This document shows, one piece after another, positions 38,686 to 49,174 of a stretch of DNA of 64,000 bases. Both the position numbers and the translations under genes were made by a program. Origin of the DNA: an uncultured Candidatus Rokubacteria bacterium (GTDB lineage: Bacteria > Methylomirabilota > Methylomirabilia > Rokubacteriales > DASRDR01); contig CAVPSB010000020.1 of assembly GCA_963708025.1 (NCBI GenBank), positions 1-64,000 on the forward strand, in the 5' to 3' direction. The notes under the pieces are model-generated. The model worked only from the letters and a program-made list of their open reading frames with translations. It ran no database searches and was not told the DNA's origin. Position 1 is the first letter of the stretch. Each line of letters begins with the position of its first letter.

Positions 38686-38888
38686 GCGTTGATGACTTCC
38701 TCGCGTACGAAATGGAGCCGAATGACCTTCGGAACGCTGCCCTCGTCGAAGTGGCAGCGAACGGCGTCGCGGACCTTCGCATGCAGATCTGCCAGGTCGT
38801 CGGCCTCGGTGAAGATCGACTCGCCCAGGGCCCGGGCGGTGAAGCCGCCCTCGGGAGCTTCCTGGACAAGAAAAATCACTTCCGGCAA
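38682..38888 (-). CDS. HicB-like antitoxin
   Basis: EVIFLVQEAPEGGFTARALGESIFTEADDL..VRDAVRCHF; 4 bp overlap upstream of hicA. Confidence 0.75.
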   Translation of the reverse strand: MPEVIFLVQEAPEGGFTARALGESIFTEADDLADLHAKVRDAVRCHFDEGSVPKVIRLHFVREEVINA

Positions 38889-39190
38889 GCTATGGCTTCC
38901 GGCTGATGGGCTCATGGTGTGGCTAGGATAGCACCGTTTCGTTCCGGCCCAGCTCGCGACGCGTTCCGTGGGCCGAGCGGCGAGTAGTGCACAAGGCTCC
39001 ACAACCAGGTCGTGGCGCAGCCTCGACGTGACGACGCCGAGGCTGCGCCGGGGTTAGTTTACCTGGGGGTCTTTGTCGGGCCGCTGTCTCGTAACGTGCT
39101 GGATTTCCAGGCACGCGCGTGGGGGTCAGATGCTTCTGGAAGTTCCGCCCGCTGCTAGGTAGCTGAGGGCGTTGACGTTTTTGCACCGGA

Positions 39191-40082
39191 TTACTTACAC
39201 CCCGGGAGGGCAAATAACTCGGCGATGCGGCGGGTGCGCTCGAAGGACACCTGGGTGTAGATCTTGGTCGATTCGAGCGACTCATGGCCGAGCGCTTCGG
39301 CGATGATCCGGATGTCAACGCCGCGGTGACGCAGTGCTTGCCATAGGCGTGGCGGAGCTTGTGCGGGGTGAGGCGGACGCCCAGATGACGGCGCGTCCAG
39401 CGCGTTACCACACGGTTGATCACGAGGTAGCTGAGCCCGTCGTCGGTCCGTCCTCCTTGCGGAGCAGCGGCGTGTCGGGATGGGTGCGGCTGGTCCCGGT
39501 TGTGCTGGCCAGGTAGGCCGGACGATCTCGAGCGCCTGGGGCGGGAGCGTCACCGAGCGCTGCTTCTGACCCTTGCTCACGAACCCGATGCAGCCCCGTG
39601 GTTGGCACGAAGTGAGCACGCTGGAGCTCGCGATCTCGGCGACGCGAGCCTGCCGAAGAGCGCGATGGCGAGGATGGCGCGGTTCCGGAGGCTCGGCTCG
39701 CTGGCGACTGGGTCGCGAGGTCGTGGAACGCGGGCAGGATCGGGATGGTGCGCTATGAGCCGAGGAGTGCGGAACCGGGCACCAGGGTCGGTGACGAGGT
39801 GCCCGTTGGCGTTGAGCCACCGGGTGAACCCCGTGAGGGCCATCAGATACGTCCGGCAGGTCCAGTCCTGCCTTCCCACCTCCTTCAGGGAGAACTGCCT
39901 CTCCAGGAGCCGCTCGTAGCTGATGTCGCCGGCGTCCCGGAGACGCCAGCCCATCGACCGCGAGGTGGCCACGAAGAGTTCCAGCCCGTCTCGTAGGCAC
40001 GGCGCATCCTGTCCGCGACGGCTCGATCGATCCGCAACTCGGACAGGTACCTCCTCCACAGGACCGGGAGTCCAAGCGTCAT
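39191..40082 (-). pseudogene. frameshifted XerC/D-like tyrosine recombinase
   Basis: Pieces in several frames: YLMALTGFTRWL..DP, LRNRAILAI, KGQKQRSV, LTPHKLRHAYG, EALGHESLESTKIYTQV. Confidence 0.8.
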
Positions 40083-40227
40083 GGGATGTCCCCGACGCGG
40101 CCCAGCCCGACGCTGCCTCGCACGGTAGCGAAGCCGCCGCCGCGAGGCAAGCTACCGATTCCGGCGCAGCTATACCCGCGGGACGTCGGACTCGGAGCGA
40201 TGTCAGCTCCGCCGCGACGTAGCGCGC

Positions 40228-40437
40228 GGAGCAAAAACGGCGCTCGTGGAAGCGGCGATCGAGACGTTCCCTAGCCAGTTCACGCTGGGCGATCTAGAAC
40301 GAGCCTGCCCCGAGGTTAGCCGGGACATGATCCGCCGTGTTCTGCGCGATCTCCAGAAGGCGCGACGGGTGGCCTGCCTCGGCCGTGGCCCCGGCGCCCT
40401 CTGGCGGAAAGAGGGTAATACCTCGAAGAGAGGGTGA
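40228..40437 (+). pseudogene. C-terminal wHTH remnant of a Fic-family protein
   Basis: RGAKTALVEAAIETFPSQFTLGDLERACPEVSRDMIRRVL..CLGRGPGALWRK; no Fic catalytic domain. Confidence 0.55.
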
Positions 40438-40613
40438 TAGAAGGGGTAATATCTCAGGCGGGTCAAGTGCAGACGTCGGCCGGGGCTGCGGCGGGACGCT
40501 CAACTATAGGGCGAGGAATGACCAAGCAGACATCGCCGAACAACGTGAGCACCGTCCTTCGAGAAGGCCGACGTGGAACTCGTGGTCGCCGCGTTTGGGG
40601 AAGCGAGCAGACC

Positions 40614-40862
40614 ACGGCAGATCAGACAGTACTCGAGCGCATCATCGTGAACCCGGACATCTTTGGTGGAAAGCCAATCATCCGGGGACTGCGTATCTCG
40701 GTCGAGCTGATCCTGAGCCTGCTAGCTCAGGGAGAGACCCCCGAATCGATCCTGGGCGACTATCCGGATCTCGAGCCCGATGACATTCGGGCGTGCCTCG
40801 CCTACGCGCACGCCGTCATCGCCCACGACTCGCTCGATGCCGTTCGAGTCGGGACGAGGTGA
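40614..40862 (+). CDS. DUF433 family antitoxin (start codon uncertain)
   Basis: ERIIVNPDIFGGKPIIRGLRISVELIL..DYPDLEPDDIRACLAYA. Confidence 0.8.
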   Translation, partial: TADQTVLERIIVNPDIFGGKPIIRGLRISVELILSLLAQGETPESILGDYPDLEPDDIRACLAYAHAVIAHDSLDAVRVGTR

Positions 40863-41029
40863 AATTCCTCATAGACGCATGCGTCGGGCGGCGCCTTGCT
40901 GACTGGCTGCGCCGTGGCGGGCACGACGTCGTCGAGTCGCGCGAGCGAGGTAGAGATCCGGGCGATCGAGAGCTCCTCAGATGGGCGGCGACAGAGGACC
41001 GGATCCGTGTGACGGCAGCTCCCTCCTGA
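40859..41029 (+). pseudogene. truncated DUF5615 PIN-like toxin
   Basis: MKFLIDACV..LRRGGHDV..DRELLRWAATEDRI.VT, then a premature stop before the DxDF motif. Confidence 0.7.
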
Positions 41030-41364
41030 TGTAATCCCGGATGTCTGGCGGAGCTCCGGCTGGCCGCTGGTAGCGTGTGGCTGCTCGCTGAGATCGCCGA
41101 GGCGAAGGGACGCAGACGCTCCCGGCCGGCGCTATTGGAGCAAAGAAGGCAATAACCTAGAAGAGGGGGCAACAGAAGGGGTAGCATCGCTCAAGCCGGC
41201 GACAGGGGGAGCGGGTCGGGGGCGGATCAGGTCGTCGAGTCACCGAGCGAGGTGCCTGGCCTCGGCAAGCGCGAGCAGGCCCCGAGCATGCCACCGACGC
41301 CAGGGGAGATGGGCATGCGGTTCTGGCCGAGCCAGGCGGAGCCAGAGATGAGAGACCTCGACGC

Positions 41365-44300
41365 ATGACGTGTCAGCGATGCGCCTTCGAGAATCCTCCC
41401 GCGATGGCGTTCTGCGGGCGCTGCGGGACGCGGCTCGCGACTCTATGCCCGTCCTGCGGATTCGCGAATCCCGACGGGTTCACCTTCTGCGGCAAGTGCG
41501 GCACGCGTGTGGCCGAGGCCGCGCTACCGCCTCGCGAAGGCTACCCTGACTTCACCTCACCGCAGTCCTACACTCCCAAGCACCTCGCCGAGAGGATCCT
41601 CACCTCGAAGGCCGCCCTCGAAGGCGAGCGCAAGCAGGTCACGGTGCTGTTCGCCGACTTGAAAGGCTCGATGGAGCTCCTGGCGGACCGGGACCCCGAG
41701 GAGGCGCGGAAGCTTCTCGATCCGGTGCTCGAGCAGATGATGGAAGCGGTCCACCGCTACGAGGGCACGGTCAACCAGGTGATGGGCGACGGGATCATGG
41801 CGCTGTTCGGGGCGCCGGTCGCCCACGAGGACCACGCGGTGCGAGCGTGCTACGCCGCGCTCGACATGCAGGCCGCCATGCGCCGGTACGCCGAGGAGGT
41901 CCGGCGAGCCCACGGTGTCGTCCTCCAGGTCCGAGTCGGCCTGAACTCCGGCGAGGTGGTGGTCCGGGCCATCGGCAGCGATCTGCGGATGGACTACACG
42001 GCGGTCGGGCAGACGACTCATCTGGCCGCCCGCATGGAGCAGCTGGCCAAGCCCGACACCACCCTGCTGACGGCCGACGTCCTCCGTCTCGCGGAGGGAT
42101 TCGTCGCGGTCACGCCGCTCGGTCCGGTGCCCGTGAAGGGCCTGGAGGCGCCGGTCGAGGTCTACGAGCTGACCGGCGCCGGGCCGCGGCGCTCGCGGCT
42201 CCACGCGGCGGCGGCGCGCGGGTTGACCCGCTTCGTGGGACGTGCGGGCGAGCTGGATCAGCTCCGCCAGGCGCTCGGCCGCGCCGGCAACGGCCAGGGC
42301 CAGATCGTGGCGATCGTGGGGGAGCCGGGCGTGGGCAAGTCGCGCCTGGTCTGGGAAGTCACCCACTCGTACCGCGTCCACGGCTGGCTCGTGCTGCAGG
42401 CGGGCTCGGTCTCGTACGGGAAGGCGACGTCCTATCTGCCGGTGATCGATCTTGCTCAAGGGCTACTTCGCGATCGAGGACCGGGACGGCCCACGCGCGG
42501 TGCAGGAGAAGGCTGACCGGGAAGCTGCTGACCCTGGACCGCGCGCTGGAGGGCAGCCTGCCGGCGCTCCTGTCGCTGCTCGACGTGCCGGCCGACGACG
42601 CCGCAGTGGGCGGCGCTCGATCCGTCCCAGCGCCGCCGGCGGACCCTGGACGCGGTGAAGCGGCTCCTGCTGCGGGAGAGCCAGGTGCAGCCGCTGCTGG
42701 TGGTCTTCGAGGACCTCCACTGGATCGATTCCGAGACCCAGGCGCTGCTCGACGCGCTGGTCGAGAGCCTGCCGGCGGCCCGGGTGCTGCTCCTCGTGAA
42801 CTACCGGCCGGAGTATCGGCACCAGTGGGGCAGCCGCACCTACTACACGCAGCTCCGGCTCGACCCCTTGCCGCACGATCACGCCGAGGAGCTCCTCGGC
42901 GCGCTGGTCGGGTCCGACGCCGGTCTCGACCCGCTCAAGCGCGTGTTGATCGAGCGGACCGAGGGCAATCCGTTCTTCCTGGAGGAGAGCGTGCGGTCGC
43001 TCGTCGAGACCGGGTCCCTGGTCGGCGAGCGTGGCGCCTACCGGCTGGCGCGGCCCCTGCCGACGATCCAGGTCCCGGCGACGGTGCAGGCCGTGCTGGC
43101 CGCCCGCATCGACCGGCTGCCGCCCGCGGACCGGGCACTCCTCCAGACGGCATCGGTGGTCGGGAAGGACGTCCCGCTCGGGCTGCTCCAGGCGATCGCC
43201 GAGCCAGGGCGAGGCGGAGCTGCACGCCGCGATCGGGCGGCTTCAGGCCGCCGAGTTCCTCTACGAGACGCGCATGTTCCCGGACGTCGAGTACACGTTC
43301 AAGCATGCCCTGACGCACGACGTCACCTACGGCGGCCTGCTCCAGGATCGCCGCCGCCGCCTGCACGGCCAGATCGTGGAGACGATCGAGCAGCGCTATC
43401 CCGACCGGCTCGGCGAGCACGTCGAGCGGCTGGCCCACCACGCGTTTCGGGCCGAGGAGTGGGAGAAGGCGGTCGGCTACCTGCGGCAGGCCGGGGCCAA
43501 GGCCCTGGCCCGGTCCGCCAACCTGGAGGCCGCCACGCACCTCGAGCGGGCGCTCGAGGCGTTGCGACACCTGCCGGAAGCCTCCGAGACCCTGGAGTCG
43601 GCGTTCGACCTCCGGGTCGAGCTCTGGAACGCGATCACCCCGCTCGGGCACTTCGCGCGGGCCAGCGACGTGATGCGCGACGCCGAAGGTGCCGCGGAGC
43701 GGCTCGGCGACCAGCGCCGGCTCGGTCGAGTCGTGGGGGTTGATGGGCAATCTCCTGTGTTTCGCCGGTCGCCGGGCCGAGTCGGAGGCCATCTCCGAGC
43801 GGGCCCGGGCGGCGGGCGAGGCGATCGGGGACCTGGTCTCGCAGATCTCGGCGAACATGAACCTCGGTCTCAACGCCTACTCGGCCGGGGACTACCGGCG
43901 GGCCCAGGCGTTCCAGGAGAGGATCCTGGGGCTGATCCCGCCCGAGCGGTTCCGCGAGCGGTTCGGGCGCGCCCTCCTGCCAGCGGTGAATGCGCTGTCG
44001 AACCTCGCGGCGGCCCTGGCCCAGCGTGGCGTCTTCGACGATGCGGTCCGCCACGGCCAGGCCGCGATCGAGCTGGCCGAGGAGGTCGGCCATCCGTACA
44101 GCCTGGCCGTCGCGTGCTGGAACGTCGGACGCATTCACACGCTCCGGGGCGACGCTCGCGCAGGCCAGGCCGACTCCTGAGTCAGGCGCGCTCACTGGCG
44201 GCGGAGCTGACGATCGGCTTCCTGATCCCCCCGGTGGCGCTGGAACTGAGTGCGCTCTCGGTCCTGGAAGGGCGCGTGAAGGACGCCCTGAACCTCGTGC

Positions 44301-44753
44301 CGGCGGCACGAGCCGCCATCGAGGAGGTCGGCCTGGGATGGTGGGAGGCGCTCGCCGAGCTGCGCATGGGCGAGGCGCTCGTCGCGGCCGGCCGCGTCGA
44401 CGAGGCCCGGGTCGCCGCGACGCGGGCGCTCGACCTGGCCCGCGAGCGCGGGGAGCAGGGCCACGAGGCCTGGACGCTCCGGCTCCTCGGCGAGATCGCC
44501 GCTCATCCACGCGCGACAGCTGCTGACGAGGCAGAGCGCCACTACCGGCAGGCCCTCGCGCTGGCCGAACGGCTCGACATGCGCCCTCTCGTCGCCCACT
44601 GCCATCGCGGCCTCGGCGCGCTCTACCGGCGCACGGCCACGCCCGAGCAGGCAGAGAAGCACCTCACCACCGCCACCGCGATGTACCGCGAGATGGGCAT
44701 GGGCTTCTGGCTGGAGCAGGCGGAGCCACGGATCGAGAGACCGCGGCGCATGA
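41365..44753 (+). CDS. double zinc ribbon-class III nucleotide cyclase-AAA ATPase-TPR protein, copy 1 (multiple +1 indels)
   Basis: CxxC x4, VTVLFADLKGS, QVMGDGIMALFG, GQTTHLAARMEQ, GEPGVGKS, VVFEDLHW, YTFKHAL, TPR-like C-terminus; spread across successive frames. Confidence 0.8.
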
Positions 44754-47700
44754 CCTGTCCGCGGTGCAGCTTCGAGAATCCGCCCGCGATGGCGTTCTGC
44801 GGGCGCTGCGGCACGAGGCTCGCGGCCCCGTGCCCGTCCTGCGGATACGCGAACCCCGAGGGGTTCGCCTTCTGCGGCAAGTGCGGTGCGCGCGTGGCCG
44901 AGGTCGCCGCACCGCCGCGACAAGGCTCTCCGGCTTTCGCCTCGCCTGAGTCCTACACCCCCAAGCACCTCGCCGAGAAGATCCTGACCTCCCGGAGGCG
45001 CTCTCGAGGGCGAGCGCAAGCAGGTCACGGTGCTCTTCGCCGACCTCAAGGGCTCGATGGAGCTCCTCGCCGACCGGGATCCCGAGGAGGCGCGCAAGCT
45101 CCTCGACCCGGTGCTGGAACGGATGATGGAGGCCGTCCACCGCTACGAGGGCACGGTCAACCAGGTGATGGGCGACGGCATCATGGCGCTCTTCGGGGCG
45201 CCGGTCGCCCACGAGGACCACGCCGTGCGGGCGTGCTATGCCGCGCTCGACATGCAGGCCGCCATGCGCCGGTATGCCGAGGAGGTGCGTCGCGCCCACG
45301 GCGTCTCGCTCGAGATCCGCGTCGGGCTGAACTCGGGCGCGGTCGTGGTCCGGGCCATCGGGAGCGATCTCCACATGGACTACACCGCCGTCGGCCAGAC
45401 CACGCACCTGGCGGCCCGGATGGAACAGCTCGCGACGGGCGGGCGAAGCCTCCTCACCGCCGACACGCTGCGGCTCGCGGAGGGGTATGTCGAGGTCACG
45501 CCGCTCGGGCCGGTGCCCGTGAAGGGCCTCGAAGCCCCGGTCGAGGTCTACGAGCTGGTCGGGACCGGAGCCCGCCGCTCCCGGCTGTCGGCGGCCGCCA
45601 CGCGCGGCCTGACGCGCTTCGTGGGACGGGACGCCGAGCTGGAGCAGCTGCGCCAGGCGCTCGGGCGGGCCGCCGCCGGGCATGGCCAGGTGGTGGCGAT
45701 CGTCGGCGAGCCGGGCGTCGGGAAATCACGGCTCGTGTGGGAGGTGACGCACTCCCACCGCGTCCACGGCTGGCTCGTCCTCCAGGCCGGCTCGGTCTCG
45801 TACGGCAAGGCGACGTCCTATCTGCCGGTGGTCGATCTCCTCAAGGGCTACTTCGCGATCGAGGACCGGGACGGCCCGCGGGCGGTGCGCGAGAAGGTGA
45901 CGGGGAAGCTCTTGACGCTGGACCGCGCCCAGGAGGCCAGCCTGCCGGCGCTCCTGGCCCTGCTCGATGTCCCGAGCCGGCGATCCGTCCTGGGACGGGC
46001 TCGACCCCCGACAGCGTCGCCAGCGGACGCTCCACGCGCTGAAGCAGCTCCTGATCCGCGAGAGCCAGGTCCAGCCGCTCCTGGTGGTCTTCGAGGACCT
46101 CCACTGGATCGACTCCGAGACCCAGGCGCTGCTCGACGGGCTCGTCGAGAGCCTGCCGGCGGCGCGGCTCCTGCTCCTCGTGAACTACCGGCCGGAGTAT
46201 CAGCACCAGTGGGGCAGCCGGACCTACTACACGCAGCTCCGGCTCGACCCCCTGCCGCCGGAGACCGCCGAGGAGCTCCTCGGCGCGTTGCTCGGGCCCG
46301 ACGCCGGCCTCGACGCCGCTCAAGCGCATGCTGATCGCGCGGACCGAGGGCAACCCGTTCTTCCTGGAGGAGAGCGTGCGGGCCCTCGTCGAGACCGAGG
46401 CGCTCTCGGGCGAGCGCGGGGCGTACCGGCTGGCGCGGCCGCTCCCGGCCATCCAGGTCCCCGCCACGGTGCAGGCCATCCTGGCCGCCCGCATCGACCG
46501 GCTGGCCCCCGGCGACAAGGCGCTCCTGCAGACGGCGTCGGTGATCGGGAAGGACGTGCCGTTCGCGCTGCTCCAGGCGACGGCCGCGCTGGCCGAGGAC
46601 GAGCTGCGCGCCGCGATCGGCCGCCTCCAGGCCGCCGAGTTCCTGTACGAGACGAGCCTCTTCCCGGATCTCGAGTACACCTTCAAGCATGCCCTCACCC
46701 ACGAGGTGGCCTACGGGAGCCTGCTCCAGGACCGGCGCCGCCGCCTCCACGGCGAGATCGTGGACGGCCATCGAGCGCCTCTACCCCGATCGGCTCGGCG
46801 AGCACATCGACCGCCTGGGCCATCATGCCTTCCGGGCGGAGCGGTGGGAGACGGCCGCCGCGTACCTCCGGCAGGCCGGGCACAAGGCGGTCTCGCGCTC
46901 GGCGTTCCGGGAGGCCGTGGTCGGCGTACGAGGACGCGCTGGTGGCCGTCGAGCACCTCCCCGAGACCCGCGAGACGCAGGAGCAGGCGATCGACCTGCG
47001 GCTCGACCTGCGGGTGCCTCTGCAGGCGCTCTCGCGGATGAGCCGCATCCTCGAGGGCGACCGGGTGGCCGAAGCCATCGCCCGGACGCCTCGGAGACGA
47101 GCGGCGGCTGGGGCGGATCTCGTCGGGACTGGCCAACACCCTCTGGATCACCGGCGACCACGCCGCCGCGATCGCGGCGGCCTCGCGCGCCCTGGACATC
47201 GGTCAGCGGCTCGGCGATGTCGCCACTCACGCCACCGCCGTCCTGCGCCTCGGCGCCATCCATTACACGATCGGCGAGTACGGCAAGGCGGTCGTCTACC
47301 TCCGGCAGGCCGTGGAGTTGACCGGGGGCGAGCGACTGCGAGAGCAGTTCGGAATGGCGGGAATCGCGTCGGTGCTCGCGCGCCTCTGGCTCGCGCGGAC
47401 TCTCGCCGAGCTGGGGGAGTTCTCCGAAGGGCTGGCGGTGGCCCAGGAGGGCCTGGACATCAACCTGTCGACGGACAACGTGGCCGGTCTCCCCGCCGCC
47501 CACTGCGGCGGTCGGGTACGTCCACCTCCACCGCGGGGAGCTCGCGGAGGCGCTCGCGCCGCTCACGCGAGCCGTCGAGGTCGGGAAGGCGGCGGAAGTC
47601 CTCAACTGGGAGAGCATCTGCGTCGGCTTGCTGGGTCTGCAGCGACGCGCTCACCGGGCATCTGGCCGAGGGTGTCGCGCTGGTGGAGCGCGCGACCGGT

Positions 47701-48135
47701 CTGGCCGAGCAACGGGGCGAGCGGTTCAACCTGGCGCTGCTCCAGGGCTGGCTCGGCGAGGCGCATCTCGCCTCTGGAGACCTGGAGCGGGCGAGGCGGC
47801 ACGGCCAGGCGAGCCTCGAGATGGCGCGCGCCCAGCCCCAGCGCGGGACCGAGGCGTGGGCGTGGCGGCTTCTCGGTGAGATCGCCGCGGAGACCGACCC
47901 GCCTGGTGTCCAGGAGGCCGAGACCGCCTACCGAGAGGCGTTGACGCGGGCCTCCGACCTCGGCATGCGCCCCCTCGTCGCCCACTGCCACCTCGGCCTC
48001 GGCAAGCTGTACCGGCGCACAGACAAGCGGCAGGAGGCCCAGGAGCACCTGACCACGGCGATTACTATGTACCGAGAGATGGACATGCGGTTCTGGCTGG
48101 AGAAGGCAGAGCGAGAGATAGGGCAACTGGCGTAG
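44750..48135 (+). CDS. double zinc ribbon-class III nucleotide cyclase-AAA ATPase-TPR protein, copy 2 (multiple +1 indels)
   Basis: Same motifs as copy 1; near-identical N-terminal half, divergent TPR region; ends MRFWLEKAEREIGQLA*. Confidence 0.8.
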
Positions 48136-48207
48136 GGGGAATTCCACCATCCTGCCGGGCTGTCGCATGGATTTCTCGCCCGCGGCATGCCGGAGTAGAG
48201 TTATCTC

Positions 48208-48375
48208 ACGGCTGACGCCGTGGAGCAGGTCCTCGAGGAAGCCCTTCGACTGTCGCCCGATCAGCGAGCCCGGCTTGTGACCGAGCTGCCGCCCACTCTT
48301 GAGTCTGATACGCCGGGCGAGCGACGCAGTGAAGCGGAATGGATCGCGAGGCCGAGCGTGGCCTTCGGAGCCTGA
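48208..48375 (+). pseudogene. addiction-module antitoxin (TIGR02574-like) remnant
   Basis: Manual translation VEQVLEEALRLSPDQRARLVTEL..EAEWI; no partner toxin. Confidence 0.45.
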
Positions 48376-48640
48376 TAGAAGTCACGGTCACCCCACCCTA
48401 TTTCCAGGTACTCGGCGTCGGCAAGATCTTGACGCTCCGACCACAGGTCCGCGGGAACGTCCGCCCGGCGCACGACGAGCCCCGTGTGGAGCCCGTGGTC
48501 CACGACGTAGATGGACGGGCCTGGCTCGACTCTCGCGACGGACCAGCGCCTCGCATCGGGGCGGCGCATCCCGCCCACAGGGTCACGAGGACGAGCACCG
48601 GGGTGATGGCAGACGGCCCAGGGCATCGCCGCACCGTCAT
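48340..48640 (-). pseudogene. DUF2459-like lipoprotein remnant
   Basis: Lipobox LWAGC, then in a shifted frame IYVVDHGLHTGLVV..YLEIGWGDRDFY; truncated. Confidence 0.55.
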
Positions 48641-49174
48641 TCAGCCAGCCTGCCCGTTATCCGCGCGCGCCGAGTCGTGTGCCGGGCGATCGTAACCGAG
48701 AGGTTGTCCGCCCTGGCCGTGAGCATCAGAAGTCCCGATGCGCAGGAGGCCATTGCCCAGAGCGCCAAGGTGTCGAAGTTCGGTAGACTGGAAGCGGGCC
48801 TAGGACCTGCCCGGGGGGGGGGGTGAGACGGGTGGAAGGATTGTGGGTGGTGGTCGCACTGCTGGTCTCGGGGTCTCGGACCGACCCGACGATTCTGGAT
48901 GTCCGATTCTGGATGTCACTGATCGCGGCCGAGGGATGGGCCGCTTTCTGATCGCTGGATCGGAACTCGCCCGCGGCTCACGATGAGCGGGTGGGCGTGG
49001 GGGGTCAGCACGCACTCTCGCGCACCGCGGGCGCTCCGCTCGTCCCGAGGAACCGCGTCCGCCCGGATGCCCAGGTGCCGCCCGAGATGCACGTCTGCGG
49101 ACGGCGTGTTGCCCGGGCGGTATGCCGCATGGTGGGCGAGGACGTCGCCGCGGAAGCTCAGTCTCTGCGTGTCG

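Noticed and set aside
38682..38888. Metabolic enzyme annotation sometimes given to this small family
   Set aside because: Its size and overlap with hicA indicate an antitoxin.
44700..44760. In-frame fusion of the two cyclase-AAA-TPR genes
   Set aside because: Comparison with the homologous junction at 41340-41368 shows one extra base. Removing it restores a stop with an ATGA overlap.
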